A stretch of DNA of 64,000 nt from the NCBI GenBank assembly GCA_025060975.1, contig JANZKA010000002.1, positions 5,629 to 69,628 on the forward strand, read 5' to 3'. Both the position numbers and the translations under genes were made by a program. Position 1 is the stretch's first letter; each line of letters starts with the position of its first letter. Under the pieces are notes generated by a model that saw only the letters and a list, made by a program, of their open reading frames with translations, had not been told where the DNA came from and made no database searches. Below, piece after piece: positions 27,781 through 37,742 of the stretch. The stretch is from Candidatus Culexarchaeum nevadense (GTDB taxonomy: Archaea; Thermoproteota; Methanomethylicia; Culexarchaeales; Culexarchaeaceae).

Positions 27781-29058
27781 ATGTTTATGTTTAGGGATAA
27801 GCATCTTCACGTATCTTTAATTCTCATTCTAGTTTACTTCATATCACTTTCCATTCAGCCATATATTGCCCTTTCATCTCCTCTTAGAGTTTATTATGTT
27901 GAGGTTGATGCCACTATTGATGCTGGTGTTGCTGAGTATATTTTGAATGCTTTATCTAAAGCTGAAGCTTTCAATGCACCTCTAATTATTAGGTTGAATA
28001 CTTATGGTGGATATATGGATAGCATGGATACAATAATTAATGCTCTTGTGAGCTCTAAAGTTGAAACTGTTGTTTGGGTTGGCCCTCCAGGGGCTAAGGC
28101 TGTTTCAGCTGGAACATTTATTGCTCTTGCAGCTAACTATCTTGTAATGTCTGATGGTAGTGTCATAGGTTCCTGTCAACCTAGAAGTACTGCTGGTGAA
28201 CCAGTTGACCCTAAAATCTTGAATTATGCTATTGAACGTATGAGAGCTCTTGCTGAGAGGAAGTATGGTTTCAATGATAGTAGGGTTGATATTGCAGTTA
28301 AATTTGTTACTGAGAATCTTGATTTAACTGTTAGTAGGGCTTTGGAGCTTGGAATAGCTGATTTTAAGGCTAATTCTCTTCAAGAGGTTTTATCTGTACT
28401 TGGTTGGAGTGATTATGAAGTTGTTGTGGTTGGTAGGAGTATTGCCTCACAGTTATACTCGTTACTCAATGATCCACTTATTGTTGGTTTACTCTTCGAA
28501 CTTGGATTCTGGCTTATACTAATAGATCTACTTACTGCTGGGGTTCAGGTTTATGGCTTTATTGGAGCGGCAATGATAGTTTTATCTCTCTTTGGTATGG
28601 GTTTAATTGGGCCTAGTGCCACAGCTTTAGCTTTGCTGATAATTGGATCCATATTGATACTTGTGGAACTACAATATCCTGGTATACAGTTATTTGGTTT
28701 TCTGGGTTTAGTAATGTATGCCTTAGGGATATTATTTATGTATAGGGAGCAACCATATATTGAAATTGGAGTTCCACAATATGTTTTCGTATCCATGTTG
28801 GCTATTGGAGGAGGTTTCCTCATCATATATGTACATAATGTTAGGAAGAGTTGGAGGAGGGCTAGGGGGATGTTAGATCCTAAGAGACTTATTGGAATGA
28901 CTGGAGTTGCCAAAACCGATTTTAAAGCTGGTGAAAATGGTGTTGTACACGTTTTTGGTGAGGAGTGGACTGCATTCTCTGATTTCGATATTAAGAGGGG
29001 GCAGAAGGTTAAGATTGTTGATGTTGTAGGGTTGAGGTTGAAGGTTGCTCCAGCGTAA
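27781..29058 (+). CDS. NfeD-family membrane-bound ClpP-class serine protease
   Basis: N-terminal signal/TM, ClpP-like domain (GPPGAKAVSAGTFIALAAN), a central block of TM helices, and a C-terminal OB-type NfeD domain (GVVHVFGEEWTAFSD..VKIVDVVGLRLKV). Confidence 0.8.
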   Translation: MFMFRDKHLHVSLILILVYFISLSIQPYIALSSPLRVYYVEVDATIDAGVAEYILNALSKAEAFNAPLIIRLNTYGGYMDSMDTIINALVSSKVETVVWVGPPGAKAVSAGTFIALAANYLVMSDGSVIGSCQPRSTAGEPVDPKILNYAIERMRALAERKYGFNDSRVDIAVKFVTENLDLTVSRALELGIADFKANSLQEVLSVLGWSDYEVVVVGRSIASQLYSLLNDPLIVGLLFELGFWLILIDLLTAGVQVYGFIGAAMIVLSLFGMGLIGPSATALALLIIGSILILVELQYPGIQLFGFLGLVMYALGILFMYREQPYIEIGVPQYVFVSMLAIGGGFLIIYVHNVRKSWRRARGMLDPKRLIGMTGVAKTDFKAGENGVVHVFGEEWTAFSDFDIKRGQKVKIVDVVGLRLKVAPA

Positions 29059-29113
29059 ATAAACACTAACACTTTTATACTGATTATATGATATAGCAGT
29101 TTGGTGTATAGGT

Positions 29114-30139
29114 TTGGTTTTATCTATAGGTGATCATCCAAGAGTTAGACTTGTACGTTTGCCAACACCAATACAGTATATGCCTAAGCTTAGTGAAGAG
29201 CTCGGTATTGAATTGTATATTAAACGTGATGATTACATGGAGTTGGCTATGGGTGGGAATAAAGCTAGGAAGCTTGAATACCTATTGGGGGATGCCTTGA
29301 AAAAGAATTGTGATACCATAATAACTGTTGGGGCTTTATGTTCAAATCATGTTAGATTGACTGCAGCTGCATGTAAACTATATAATTTGCATCCAATTTT
29401 AATTCTCACAGCTACAGGTCCTAAGAAGGTTAAGGGGAATCTTCTATTAGATGTATTATTTGATGCTGAGATTAAAATTGTTGATGTTCCCAGTAGTGAA
29501 ATTCCAAAGGTTTTAGAGGAGGTTGCAAGGGAGCAAGAGGCTAAAGGTAGGAAGCCATATATAATTCCGGGTGGTGGTGCAAGTAAAGTTGGTGTTTTAG
29601 GATACTTGAATGCTTCTGTGGAAATTCTCCATCAATTAAATGAAATGTGTGTGAAAGTGGATTACATAGTTCATTCTACAGGTTCTGGTGGAACGCAGAC
29701 TGGATTATGTTTGGGGATGAAGAATCTGAATAGTGGAATTAAGGTTTTGGGGATTTCATGTGGACCTTCAAGGGATCTTGTTTCCAATAGAATTAAGAGG
29801 CTTGCTGAAGATTCTGTGGAGTACTTGAAGCTACCTGTTAAACTTGATGATAAGGACATCATAGTTTATGATGAGTATACTTGTGGTGGATATGGGATAG
29901 TGACTAAGGATGTTGTGGAGGTTATGCGGAGAGTTGCAAAGATGGAAGCTATACTCTTAGACCCATTATATACTGGAAAGGCTTTTATGGGTTTAATGGA
30001 TCTCGTGGATAAAGGGGTTATAGAGAAGGGGTCTAAGGTGTTGTTCATACACACAGGCGGTTTACCTCTAATATTCCAGTATGAAGAGGATTTATGGCGT
30101 TACGGTATTAAGGTTTCCGATTTAGAGAAGCTAGCTTGA
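29114..30139 (+). CDS. ACC deaminase / D-cysteine desulfhydrase-family PLP enzyme
   Basis: GGNKARKLEYLLGDA PLP-lysine motif, ..STGSGGT.., 341 aa. TTG start. Confidence 0.85.
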   Translation: MVLSIGDHPRVRLVRLPTPIQYMPKLSEELGIELYIKRDDYMELAMGGNKARKLEYLLGDALKKNCDTIITVGALCSNHVRLTAAACKLYNLHPILILTATGPKKVKGNLLLDVLFDAEIKIVDVPSSEIPKVLEEVAREQEAKGRKPYIIPGGGASKVGVLGYLNASVEILHQLNEMCVKVDYIVHSTGSGGTQTGLCLGMKNLNSGIKVLGISCGPSRDLVSNRIKRLAEDSVEYLKLPVKLDDKDIIVYDEYTCGGYGIVTKDVVEVMRRVAKMEAILLDPLYTGKAFMGLMDLVDKGVIEKGSKVLFIHTGGLPLIFQYEEDLWRYGIKVSDLEKLA

Positions 30140-30158
30140 ATTTTTAGATACTTAAATT

Positions 30159-30467
30159 TCAACCCTTTTTATATCCTATATAAAATCCAGCTAGAAATGA
30201 TCCTGCGAAAGGTATATTGGCTGTTATTTGGCTTATTAATGGTGTGGATTCCCCTAGAAGGCTTTTTGTGGCATTCTCTATTTTACCTATTAGTGTTGCA
30301 TAATCCACCTTTATAATTCCATTCCACTGTAAGTATGCTAGTGCCAGTAGGAATATTCCCATGATGATTATCAATACCTTCATTATCTTCTTCAATGCAT
30401 ATCCAACTATGAATCCTGTTATGGCTCCAACTCCAAGTTGAAAGAGTATTGGATCCCATTCACTCAT
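30159..30467 (-). CDS. FUN14-family small membrane protein
   Basis: 102 aa with three hydrophobic helices and Gly-rich GVGAITGFIVGYALKK, resembling FUN14. Confidence 0.55.
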   Translation of the reverse strand: MSEWDPILFQLGVGAITGFIVGYALKKIMKVLIIIMGIFLLALAYLQWNGIIKVDYATLIGKIENATKSLLGESTPLISQITANIPFAGSFLAGFYIGYKKG

Positions 30468-30546
30468 TACTTGTCACTAAATAAATTAGAGGGGTTGAAT
30501 ATTTATATTGTTTTGTCTTCTCATTCAAGCTTTACACTATTTTAGT

Positions 30547-32148
30547 TCATTCTCTTTCCAGAACTTTTCCAGGCAATTCTCCTGTATGTTCGCCTCTATC
30601 TATAACTATTTTCCCATTTACTATTACGTATTCTATTCCTTCCGGATATTGATGTGGGTTTTCGAAGGATGCTGTATCTATTATTGTTTTTGGGTTGAAT
30701 ATTACTAGGTCTGCCCAGAACCCTCTCCTCATAATCCCCCTATCCTTCAATCCAAGTTTGTTGGCTGGTAGTGATGTCATCTTTCTGATAGCTTCTTCTA
30801 TGGTTATAACCCTCTTGTCTCTTGCATATCTCCCAATAATTCTTGGAAATGTTCCATAACTTCTTGGGTGAGGTTTTCCTCTTCCTAGAGGTTCATATGG
30901 TGCTATGCTTGATCCATCTGTTCCAACCATTGTATATGGGCTTTTTAATGCTTCCAACATGTCTTCTTCTCTCATCATGTGTAGTATTATCTGTACTCTT
31001 CCCTCCTCCTCTATTATTAGGTCGAATGCTTGATCGTATGGATCTTTCCCATTTATCTTAGCTATTTCGCTTATACTTAACCCTTCATATTGCTTATTCT
31101 TTTCACATGATGCCACTATTATCTTATCCCATCCAGCTAGGTTTGCAAGATTCTCCCATCCTTCAATGCTTGCTTCTATATCCCTTCTTATCTTCATTCT
31201 TTGTTCAGGGTCTTTTAGTCTCTTGATCATCTCCTCTATTCCGCCTACGTGAGCCCATGGTGGTATGCAAGCTGTTAAGCTTGTGCTTCCAGCTGTGTAT
31301 GGGTAGAAGTCGGCTGTTACATCCACCCCCTCCAATCTTGCTTCCTCAATTCTTTTTAGTGCTTCCACTATCTTTCCCCAATTCCTAATTCCAGCTGATT
31401 TTAAGTGTGAAATTTCTACTCTAATTTTTGCCTCTTTACCTATCCTTATTGCTTCCATTATGGCTTCTATGAGCTTGTCTGCTTCACTTCTTATATGTGA
31501 AGAGTATATTCCACCATATTTTGCCGCTACTTTTGCAAGTTCAATTATCTCTTCGGTTTTAGCGTAGCTTCCGGGGGTGTATATTAGTCCAGTGGATAAT
31601 CCGAAGGCTCCATCTTTCATGCATTGCTCAAGTAATCTCTTCATTTCTTCAAGTTCTTCCATTGTTGGCTCTCTATTCTCATATCCCATAACATTTACTC
31701 TTAATGTTCCATGCCCTATTAGTGGGGCAACGTTTAATGCTATTCCATTCTTCATTAGCTTCTCCTTGTATTCCTTGTATGTTGACCAGTCCCATGTTAT
31801 GTATTGTGCAAGTTCTCCTAATCTTCTTTTGAATTCACTTAGTTTGTCTGGTAGTATTGGAGCCATGCTTGAACCGCAATTCCCTATGACTTCCAGTGTA
31901 ACCCCCTGCCTAATTTTGCTTTCAGCTTTAGGATTTATTAGTAGGTATGCATCTGAATGGCTGTGCATATCTATGAATCCAGGAGCTACCATTAAACCCT
32001 CTGCGTTTATTACGTGTTCTCCACTTTTGAATTTCCCCTTCCTCTTAATTTCCACTATTTTGCCATTCCTTATGGCTATGCTCCCATAGTACCATGGGCT
32101 TCCAGTTCCATCAACTATCTTTGCATTGTTTATTATTATATCGTACAT
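30547..32148 (-). CDS. N-acyl-D-amino-acid deacylase (D-aminoacylase) family amidohydrolase
   Basis: GFIDMHSHSD metal motif and D-aminoacylase-like order over 533 aa. Confidence 0.85.
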   Translation of the reverse strand: MYDIIINNAKIVDGTGSPWYYGSIAIRNGKIVEIKRKGKFKSGEHVINAEGLMVAPGFIDMHSHSDAYLLINPKAESKIRQGVTLEVIGNCGSSMAPILPDKLSEFKRRLGELAQYITWDWSTYKEYKEKLMKNGIALNVAPLIGHGTLRVNVMGYENREPTMEELEEMKRLLEQCMKDGAFGLSTGLIYTPGSYAKTEEIIELAKVAAKYGGIYSSHIRSEADKLIEAIMEAIRIGKEAKIRVEISHLKSAGIRNWGKIVEALKRIEEARLEGVDVTADFYPYTAGSTSLTACIPPWAHVGGIEEMIKRLKDPEQRMKIRRDIEASIEGWENLANLAGWDKIIVASCEKNKQYEGLSISEIAKINGKDPYDQAFDLIIEEEGRVQIILHMMREEDMLEALKSPYTMVGTDGSSIAPYEPLGRGKPHPRSYGTFPRIIGRYARDKRVITIEEAIRKMTSLPANKLGLKDRGIMRRGFWADLVIFNPKTIIDTASFENPHQYPEGIEYVIVNGKIVIDRGEHTGELPGKVLERE

Positions 32149-32261
32149 TTAATCACCATGGATACGTATCCAATACTCCATATATTACCCTTTCTAAGGG
32201 AGGGTTGGGATTGATTACGTTTAAATAGTTTTAAGTGGCATTACTTTATAATTGATCTTGT

Positions 32262-33875
32262 ATGGTTGATTTGAAAGCTGATCTCGTGTTAGTTAATGGT
32301 AGGATATACTCTTTTGATGAGGGGAATAGGGTATTTGAAGCTTTAGCTGTTAAAGATGGTAAGATAATCTTTCTGGGTTCTTCTAGGGATGTTGAGAGTC
32401 TCATTGGCGATAACACTTTGACTATTGATTTGAAGGGGAAAACTGTTTTGCCCGGTTTCATTGATACGCATATACATTTCATTGGAGTTGGACTTTCACT
32501 TTCAATACTTGATTTGAGAGATGTTAAATCCATAGATGAATTTAAGGGTTTAGTTAAGAAACGTGTTGAAAGTTTAGAGCCTGGAAAATGGATTCTCGGT
32601 AGAGGTTGGGATCAAGATAAGTTTTCTGAGAAGAGATATCCGAATAGGTGGGATTTAGATGAAGTTGCACCGGAAAACCCGGTTTTCCTGAGAAGGGTTT
32701 GCGGTCACATTGCTGTAGCTAATTCCTTGGCTTTAAAGATTGCTGGAATTGATAGATATACCCCTGACCCTGAAGGTGGAAAGATTGATAGGGATGAGAA
32801 TGGTGAACCCACAGGGATTCTTAGGGAATCTGCTATGAAGCTTGTTTGGTCTAAGATTCCACAGCCATCTCTTGATGATTATGTTAAGGCTGTGGAGCTT
32901 GCATGTAATGAAGCTTTATCCCATGGGATAACATCTGTACATTTCGTTTCTGCGATTCCAGAGGAAATTGAAGCTTTACAGGTTGCTAGAAGTTTGGGGA
33001 AGCTTAAGGTTAGAGTATGTCTATACATTTCAGCTGAGTATTTAGATGAATTGCTAGTTTTGAGGTTGAAGAGAGGATTTGGTGATGATTTCATAAAGAT
33101 TAATGGTGTTAAAGTTTTAATTGATGGTTCTCTTGGAGCTAGAACTGCAGCTTTAAGGTCACCATATAGTGATGATCCAAGTAGTATGGGTATCTTGACT
33201 ATGCCAATTGAAAGGTTTAGGGATATAGTGTCTAGAGCTCATGATGGTGGATTGCAAGTTGCAGTTCACGCTATTGGCGATAGGGCTGTGGAGTTAGCTC
33301 TAAAAGTTTTTAGTGAAGTTCTTTCAAAGAATCCGAGAGCTGATTATAGGCATAGAATTGAGCATGCATCGATAATGTCTCCAGAACTTATTAAGTTGAT
33401 GAGTGATTTAGGTGTATGTGCATCTATTCAGCCTAGATTCATAATATCCGATTTCTGGGCTGTGGATAGGGTTGGGCCTGATAGAGCTAAGTGGGTTTAC
33501 CCATTTAAGAGTATGATTGAAGCTGGTGTGAAAATTGCTGGTGGATCGGATTGCCCTGTAGATCCACTTGACCCACTATATCAGATTTATTCTGCTGTGA
33601 GTAGGGGGAAGTATGATGGTATAGAGCTATACAAGTATACGTATGATGAATGTTTAACTCCAATTGAAGCAGCACTTTTATTCACTAAAAATGCCGCGTA
33701 CATCGGTTTTGAGGAGAAGATTAAGGGGTCTCTTGAAGTTGGGAAGTATGCTGATATGATTGTTCTCTCAGAGGATCCATTCTCCATAGATGAAAGTAGG
33801 ATAAAGGATGTTAAAGTTTTAATGACTATTGTTAATGGCGAAATAGTGTACAAATCTATTATAGAAAGCCTTTAA
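32262..33875 (+). CDS. amidohydrolase family 3 (YtcJ-like) metal-dependent hydrolase
   Basis: PGFIDTHIHF, HAIGDRA, GSDCPV motifs. 537 aa. Confidence 0.85.
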   Translation: MVDLKADLVLVNGRIYSFDEGNRVFEALAVKDGKIIFLGSSRDVESLIGDNTLTIDLKGKTVLPGFIDTHIHFIGVGLSLSILDLRDVKSIDEFKGLVKKRVESLEPGKWILGRGWDQDKFSEKRYPNRWDLDEVAPENPVFLRRVCGHIAVANSLALKIAGIDRYTPDPEGGKIDRDENGEPTGILRESAMKLVWSKIPQPSLDDYVKAVELACNEALSHGITSVHFVSAIPEEIEALQVARSLGKLKVRVCLYISAEYLDELLVLRLKRGFGDDFIKINGVKVLIDGSLGARTAALRSPYSDDPSSMGILTMPIERFRDIVSRAHDGGLQVAVHAIGDRAVELALKVFSEVLSKNPRADYRHRIEHASIMSPELIKLMSDLGVCASIQPRFIISDFWAVDRVGPDRAKWVYPFKSMIEAGVKIAGGSDCPVDPLDPLYQIYSAVSRGKYDGIELYKYTYDECLTPIEAALLFTKNAAYIGFEEKIKGSLEVGKYADMIVLSEDPFSIDESRIKDVKVLMTIVNGEIVYKSIIESL

Positions 33876-33908
33876 AGTTTAGCTGATGACTATATTTTGG
33901 TGTAAATT

Positions 33909-35264
33909 TTGACCGAAATTGATGTTCCGAAAATTATAGTTACACCTCCAGGACCTAATGCCAAGAAGATTTTGGAAGAGGATGAAACGTTTCTAATGCA
34001 ATCCTTTGTACGTTGGTATCCTCTTGTTTTGAAGGAAGCTAAAGGTTGCATATTAACTGATGTTGATGGTAATAAGTATATCGATTTGAATGCTGGTATA
34101 GCAGTCACTTCTGTTGGTCATTGTCATCCAAAGGTTGTAGAGGCAATTAAAAGGCAAGCTGAAAAATATCTTCATTACTCGTTAACAGACTTCTGGTATG
34201 ATGTTGCTGTGGAGTTAGCTAAGAAGCTTTGTAAGATAACTCCTGGAGACTTTCAGAAGCGTGTCTTCCTCTGTAATAGTGGTGCTGAGGCTGTTGAGGG
34301 TGCAATGAAGGTTGCTAGAGGATACTTTAAGGGTTCAAGACCATACATTATGGCGTATATAGGGGCATTTCATGGTAGATTATTTGGAAGTGTTACCTTA
34401 ACTTCCAGTAAGCCTGTTCAGCGTAAATGGTTTGCCCCCCTACTACCCAGCGTTGAGCATGTGCCATACCCATACTGCTATAGATGCCCGTGGAAGCAGA
34501 GATACCCTGAGTGTGGATATTGGTGTGTAGACTTCATAGATGAGTATTACTTTAAGAAGTTTGTTCCACCAGATGAAACTAGTTGTATAGTGTTTGAGCC
34601 AATACAAGGTGAAGGTGGCTATATAGTTCCACCCCCGGAATATTGGTCTAAGATCAGGAAGTTGTGTGATAATTACGGTATACTAATGATTTCAGATGAA
34701 GTTCAAAGTGGTATGGGTAGGACTGGGAAGTGGTTTGCAATAGAGAATTGGAACGTAACTCCAGATCTGATCACTGTGGCTAAGGGGATTGCTGCTGGAC
34801 TCCCACTTGGAGCTGTGATTGGTAGAGCTGATGTTATGTCTTTGCCAAGAGGTAGTCATGCATCTACTTTTGGAGGTAATCCAGTTTCATGTGCTGCAGC
34901 ATCAGCAGTTATTGATGTCATTGAGGAGGAGAGATTAATGGAGAATGCTGTGAAAATTGGAGATTACGCTATGAAGAGGTTTAGGGAGATGGCTGAAAAG
35001 ATTGAGCTTATAGGTGACATTAGGGGTAAGGGGCTTATGATAGGAGTCGAACTTGTTAAGGATAGGAAGAGTAAAGAGCCTGCTGTTAAGGAGCTTGAGT
35101 CTTTCTTAATCAACTGTTTTAAGCGTGGTGTTGCAGTTATAGGTTGTGGTGTATCATCAATTAGGATATCTCCACCATTAAATATATCCATTGAATTAAT
35201 GGATAAAGCTTTAAGTATAATGGAAGAAGTTTTGCTGGAAATTGATAAGAGCCGCTCAAAGTAG
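33909..35264 (+). CDS. class III PLP aminotransferase family (GABA-AT-like; possibly an amino-acid racemase)
   Basis: PPGPNAKK N-terminus, DEVQSGMGRTGK, TVAKGIAAGLPLG (PLP-Lys). TTG start. Confidence 0.85.
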   Translation: MTEIDVPKIIVTPPGPNAKKILEEDETFLMQSFVRWYPLVLKEAKGCILTDVDGNKYIDLNAGIAVTSVGHCHPKVVEAIKRQAEKYLHYSLTDFWYDVAVELAKKLCKITPGDFQKRVFLCNSGAEAVEGAMKVARGYFKGSRPYIMAYIGAFHGRLFGSVTLTSSKPVQRKWFAPLLPSVEHVPYPYCYRCPWKQRYPECGYWCVDFIDEYYFKKFVPPDETSCIVFEPIQGEGGYIVPPPEYWSKIRKLCDNYGILMISDEVQSGMGRTGKWFAIENWNVTPDLITVAKGIAAGLPLGAVIGRADVMSLPRGSHASTFGGNPVSCAAASAVIDVIEEERLMENAVKIGDYAMKRFREMAEKIELIGDIRGKGLMIGVELVKDRKSKEPAVKELESFLINCFKRGVAVIGCGVSSIRISPPLNISIELMDKALSIMEEVLLEIDKSRSK

Positions 35265-36587
35265 TTCTTCAATTCTACCTTTAATTTCATTTATTTTTCT
35301 TGAAATTGTCTTTTCATCTATCTTCTTTGAATCCATAACTATATCAACAACCTCTCTCCCTCTCTCCATACCTTTTGGGAGTCCATAGAGTTCTAGGAAG
35401 GCATCCTTCAATATGCTTAGAATCATGAGCATTTTCCTTTTCATATTTCGTTCTAATTCATATTTCTTCATTTTATTGTATCCATACTCTATACCTTCTA
35501 TCAGACTTTCTGTGAATTCCTCGTATATGTTTCCAGGTCTATAGTATCCTCCATGAAGACTTGCTATTTCATTAAAGGCTTGAAACCCCTCCCATGTATG
35601 CATTTGCGAAATTACTTCTGGAGCGTTTAGTATTGTTGTACGTTTCACTTGTGCTATTATAAATTTCTCTGCTGATGGTAGTGGATTCATAACATGCCAT
35701 AAAGCATAGTATTCTTCCATTTTTATTCTTTCAAATTCCTTTCCACGAATCTTTCTTGTTAAATGGAAGTCTGTTATGTATGTTTCTTCCAATCCTACCA
35801 CATGATTTGCTAAATGGGAGTTTGTGTATATTCCGAATCCACTGGGGTCATATACTGTTCCATGTATTATGCCATTTTCGTGAAGTAATCTTAGATTGTA
35901 TCCACAGGAGGATCCAAGCCATTTAAGATATGATTTAACTTCCTTAATGTTAATTATCTTATCCACTTTTGGTATTAATAGTCCGTATAGTATTTCATCT
36001 ACTCTAATGTCACTTATATTTTTGTAGAATATGCATGCACCCCGTTGCTCCCATGTGCTTTCTTCAAGCATCTTTATGAGTTCTCCACGTCCACCACTCA
36101 TTATCTTGTTCGTAAGTTCATATCTATCCTTTACTTTCAGTAATCTTATCTTATCATAGTATCCTAATCCTATGGGTTCTGGAACCGGTATTCCCAGCTC
36201 TCTTAACATTATCATATTATTTAATTCTTCTTCAGCTTCATTTGGTGTCATGAATCCCCACATTAACTGTCCAGTTCCAATATACTCATTTGTGAAATAG
36301 TAGGTGTATATGGTGTTGTTCTTGTAGATTGGTTTTACATCTTTGAATGGTATTCCTATCCCCTTCAGTTTTATTATGTATCCTTCATCTGAAACATTTA
36401 TTATAGATCTAAATCCACTCATATACCCCTTATATATTGGAAGCTTCTCTTCAGTTTCACAGAGTATTGGCACTTTATCTTTGCCATGTGGATATAATTC
36501 TGGTCTTAGAAGTTTTGTTTCTCCATCAATGATGTAGTATTCTCTAGGTTCTCCTCTAAGCAATCTAATTACTTTTTCAGGAATCAT
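35256..36587 (-). CDS. hypothetical protein with protein-kinase-like fold signatures
   Basis: IIKLKG (VAIK-like Lys), EAEEELNNMIMLRELGIPVPEP (alphaC/hinge-like), and LHENGIIHGT..NSHLANHVV..YITDFHL (HGD..N..DF-like, with Thr replacing the catalytic Asp). Confidence 0.55.
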   Translation of the reverse strand: MIPEKVIRLLRGEPREYYIIDGETKLLRPELYPHGKDKVPILCETEEKLPIYKGYMSGFRSIINVSDEGYIIKLKGIGIPFKDVKPIYKNNTIYTYYFTNEYIGTGQLMWGFMTPNEAEEELNNMIMLRELGIPVPEPIGLGYYDKIRLLKVKDRYELTNKIMSGGRGELIKMLEESTWEQRGACIFYKNISDIRVDEILYGLLIPKVDKIINIKEVKSYLKWLGSSCGYNLRLLHENGIIHGTVYDPSGFGIYTNSHLANHVVGLEETYITDFHLTRKIRGKEFERIKMEEYYALWHVMNPLPSAEKFIIAQVKRTTILNAPEVISQMHTWEGFQAFNEIASLHGGYYRPGNIYEEFTESLIEGIEYGYNKMKKYELERNMKRKMLMILSILKDAFLELYGLPKGMERGREVVDIVMDSKKIDEKTISRKINEIKGRIEELL

Positions 36588-36625
36588 ACAAACTTAAATT
36601 TTCAAAAGCCCTCTTAAATAATTGT

Positions 36626-37741
36626 TTGGTGATGTTTTTGGGCAGGGTGAGGGTTAGGGATATTGGATTGAAGATAGGCGTATTTGATACTGGTGTTAGC
36701 AATTCAATAGTTGATGTTAAAGGGGTTATGGTGGGTCATTGCACTATCATTGAAGGTGAGGGAAAGCTTATTCCAGGTAAGGGTCCAATTAGGACTGGCG
36801 TAACCGTAATATTTCCGCATGAGGATAGGAATGTTTTTAAGAGTAAGGTTGTGGCAAGTTCCTTCATAATTAATGGTTTTGGTAAACCTATTGGTTTAGC
36901 TCAATTAAATGAACTTGGACAATTGGAGACTCCTATAGCTTTAACTAACACTTTGAATGTGGGTATAGTGGCTGATGCAATTATAGAGTATATGTTGAAT
37001 TTAAATCCAGATATAGGTGTTAGTACTGGCACTGTTAATCCAGTTGTATTGGAGTGTAATGATGGATTCTTAAATGATATTCGGGGGAGACATGTTAAAC
37101 ATGAACATGTCTTTAAAGCTATTGAAAATGCTTCTTCAAATCCCGTTGTTGAAGGTAATGTTGGAGCTGGAACTGGAATGTCATGTTTCGAGTTTAAAGG
37201 TGGAATAGGCTCCGCCTCTAGAGTGCTTCCTAGTGATATTGGAAGATACGTTGTGGGTGTACTGGTTTTATCCAATTTTGGTCGTAGGGAAGATTTAACT
37301 ATAGCTGGAATTCCTGTGGGGTTGAAGTTGAAAGATTATGGTGGTAGAGGTGGTGATGGGAGTGGATCTATAGTGATAATAGTAGCTACGGATGCACCTT
37401 TAACTGCTAGGCAACTTCATAGATTGGCTAAACGTGCAACTCATGGTATTGCGAGGACTGGTGGGTATTCGTCTCATGGTAGTGGAGATTTCGTAGTGGC
37501 ATTTTCTACAGCTAATAGGATCCCCCATTATGAGGAATCTCCAATTCGTGAAATTCAAGTGTTAAGTGAAGGGTACATGTCATATTTGTTTAAGGCTACT
37601 GTGGAAGCTGTTGAGGAAGCTATTTTGAATTCCATGTTCATGGCTGAGACTATGGTGGGTAGAGATAATAATGTTAGGTATGCTCTCCCAATAGATTTAG
37701 TTGCTGATTTACTGGAGAAGCATGGTATCCTTAAAGGTTAA
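36626..37741 (+). CDS. peptidase S58 (DmpA / P1 aminopeptidase family, Ntn-hydrolase)
   Basis: GAGTGMSCFEFKGGIGSASRV and HGSGDFVVAFST. 371 aa. Start is TTG, GTG or ATG within 36626-36634. Confidence 0.85.
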   Translation: MVMFLGRVRVRDIGLKIGVFDTGVSNSIVDVKGVMVGHCTIIEGEGKLIPGKGPIRTGVTVIFPHEDRNVFKSKVVASSFIINGFGKPIGLAQLNELGQLETPIALTNTLNVGIVADAIIEYMLNLNPDIGVSTGTVNPVVLECNDGFLNDIRGRHVKHEHVFKAIENASSNPVVEGNVGAGTGMSCFEFKGGIGSASRVLPSDIGRYVVGVLVLSNFGRREDLTIAGIPVGLKLKDYGGRGGDGSGSIVIIVATDAPLTARQLHRLAKRATHGIARTGGYSSHGSGDFVVAFSTANRIPHYEESPIREIQVLSEGYMSYLFKATVEAVEEAILNSMFMAETMVGRDNNVRYALPIDLVADLLEKHGILKG

Positions 37742-37742
37742 C

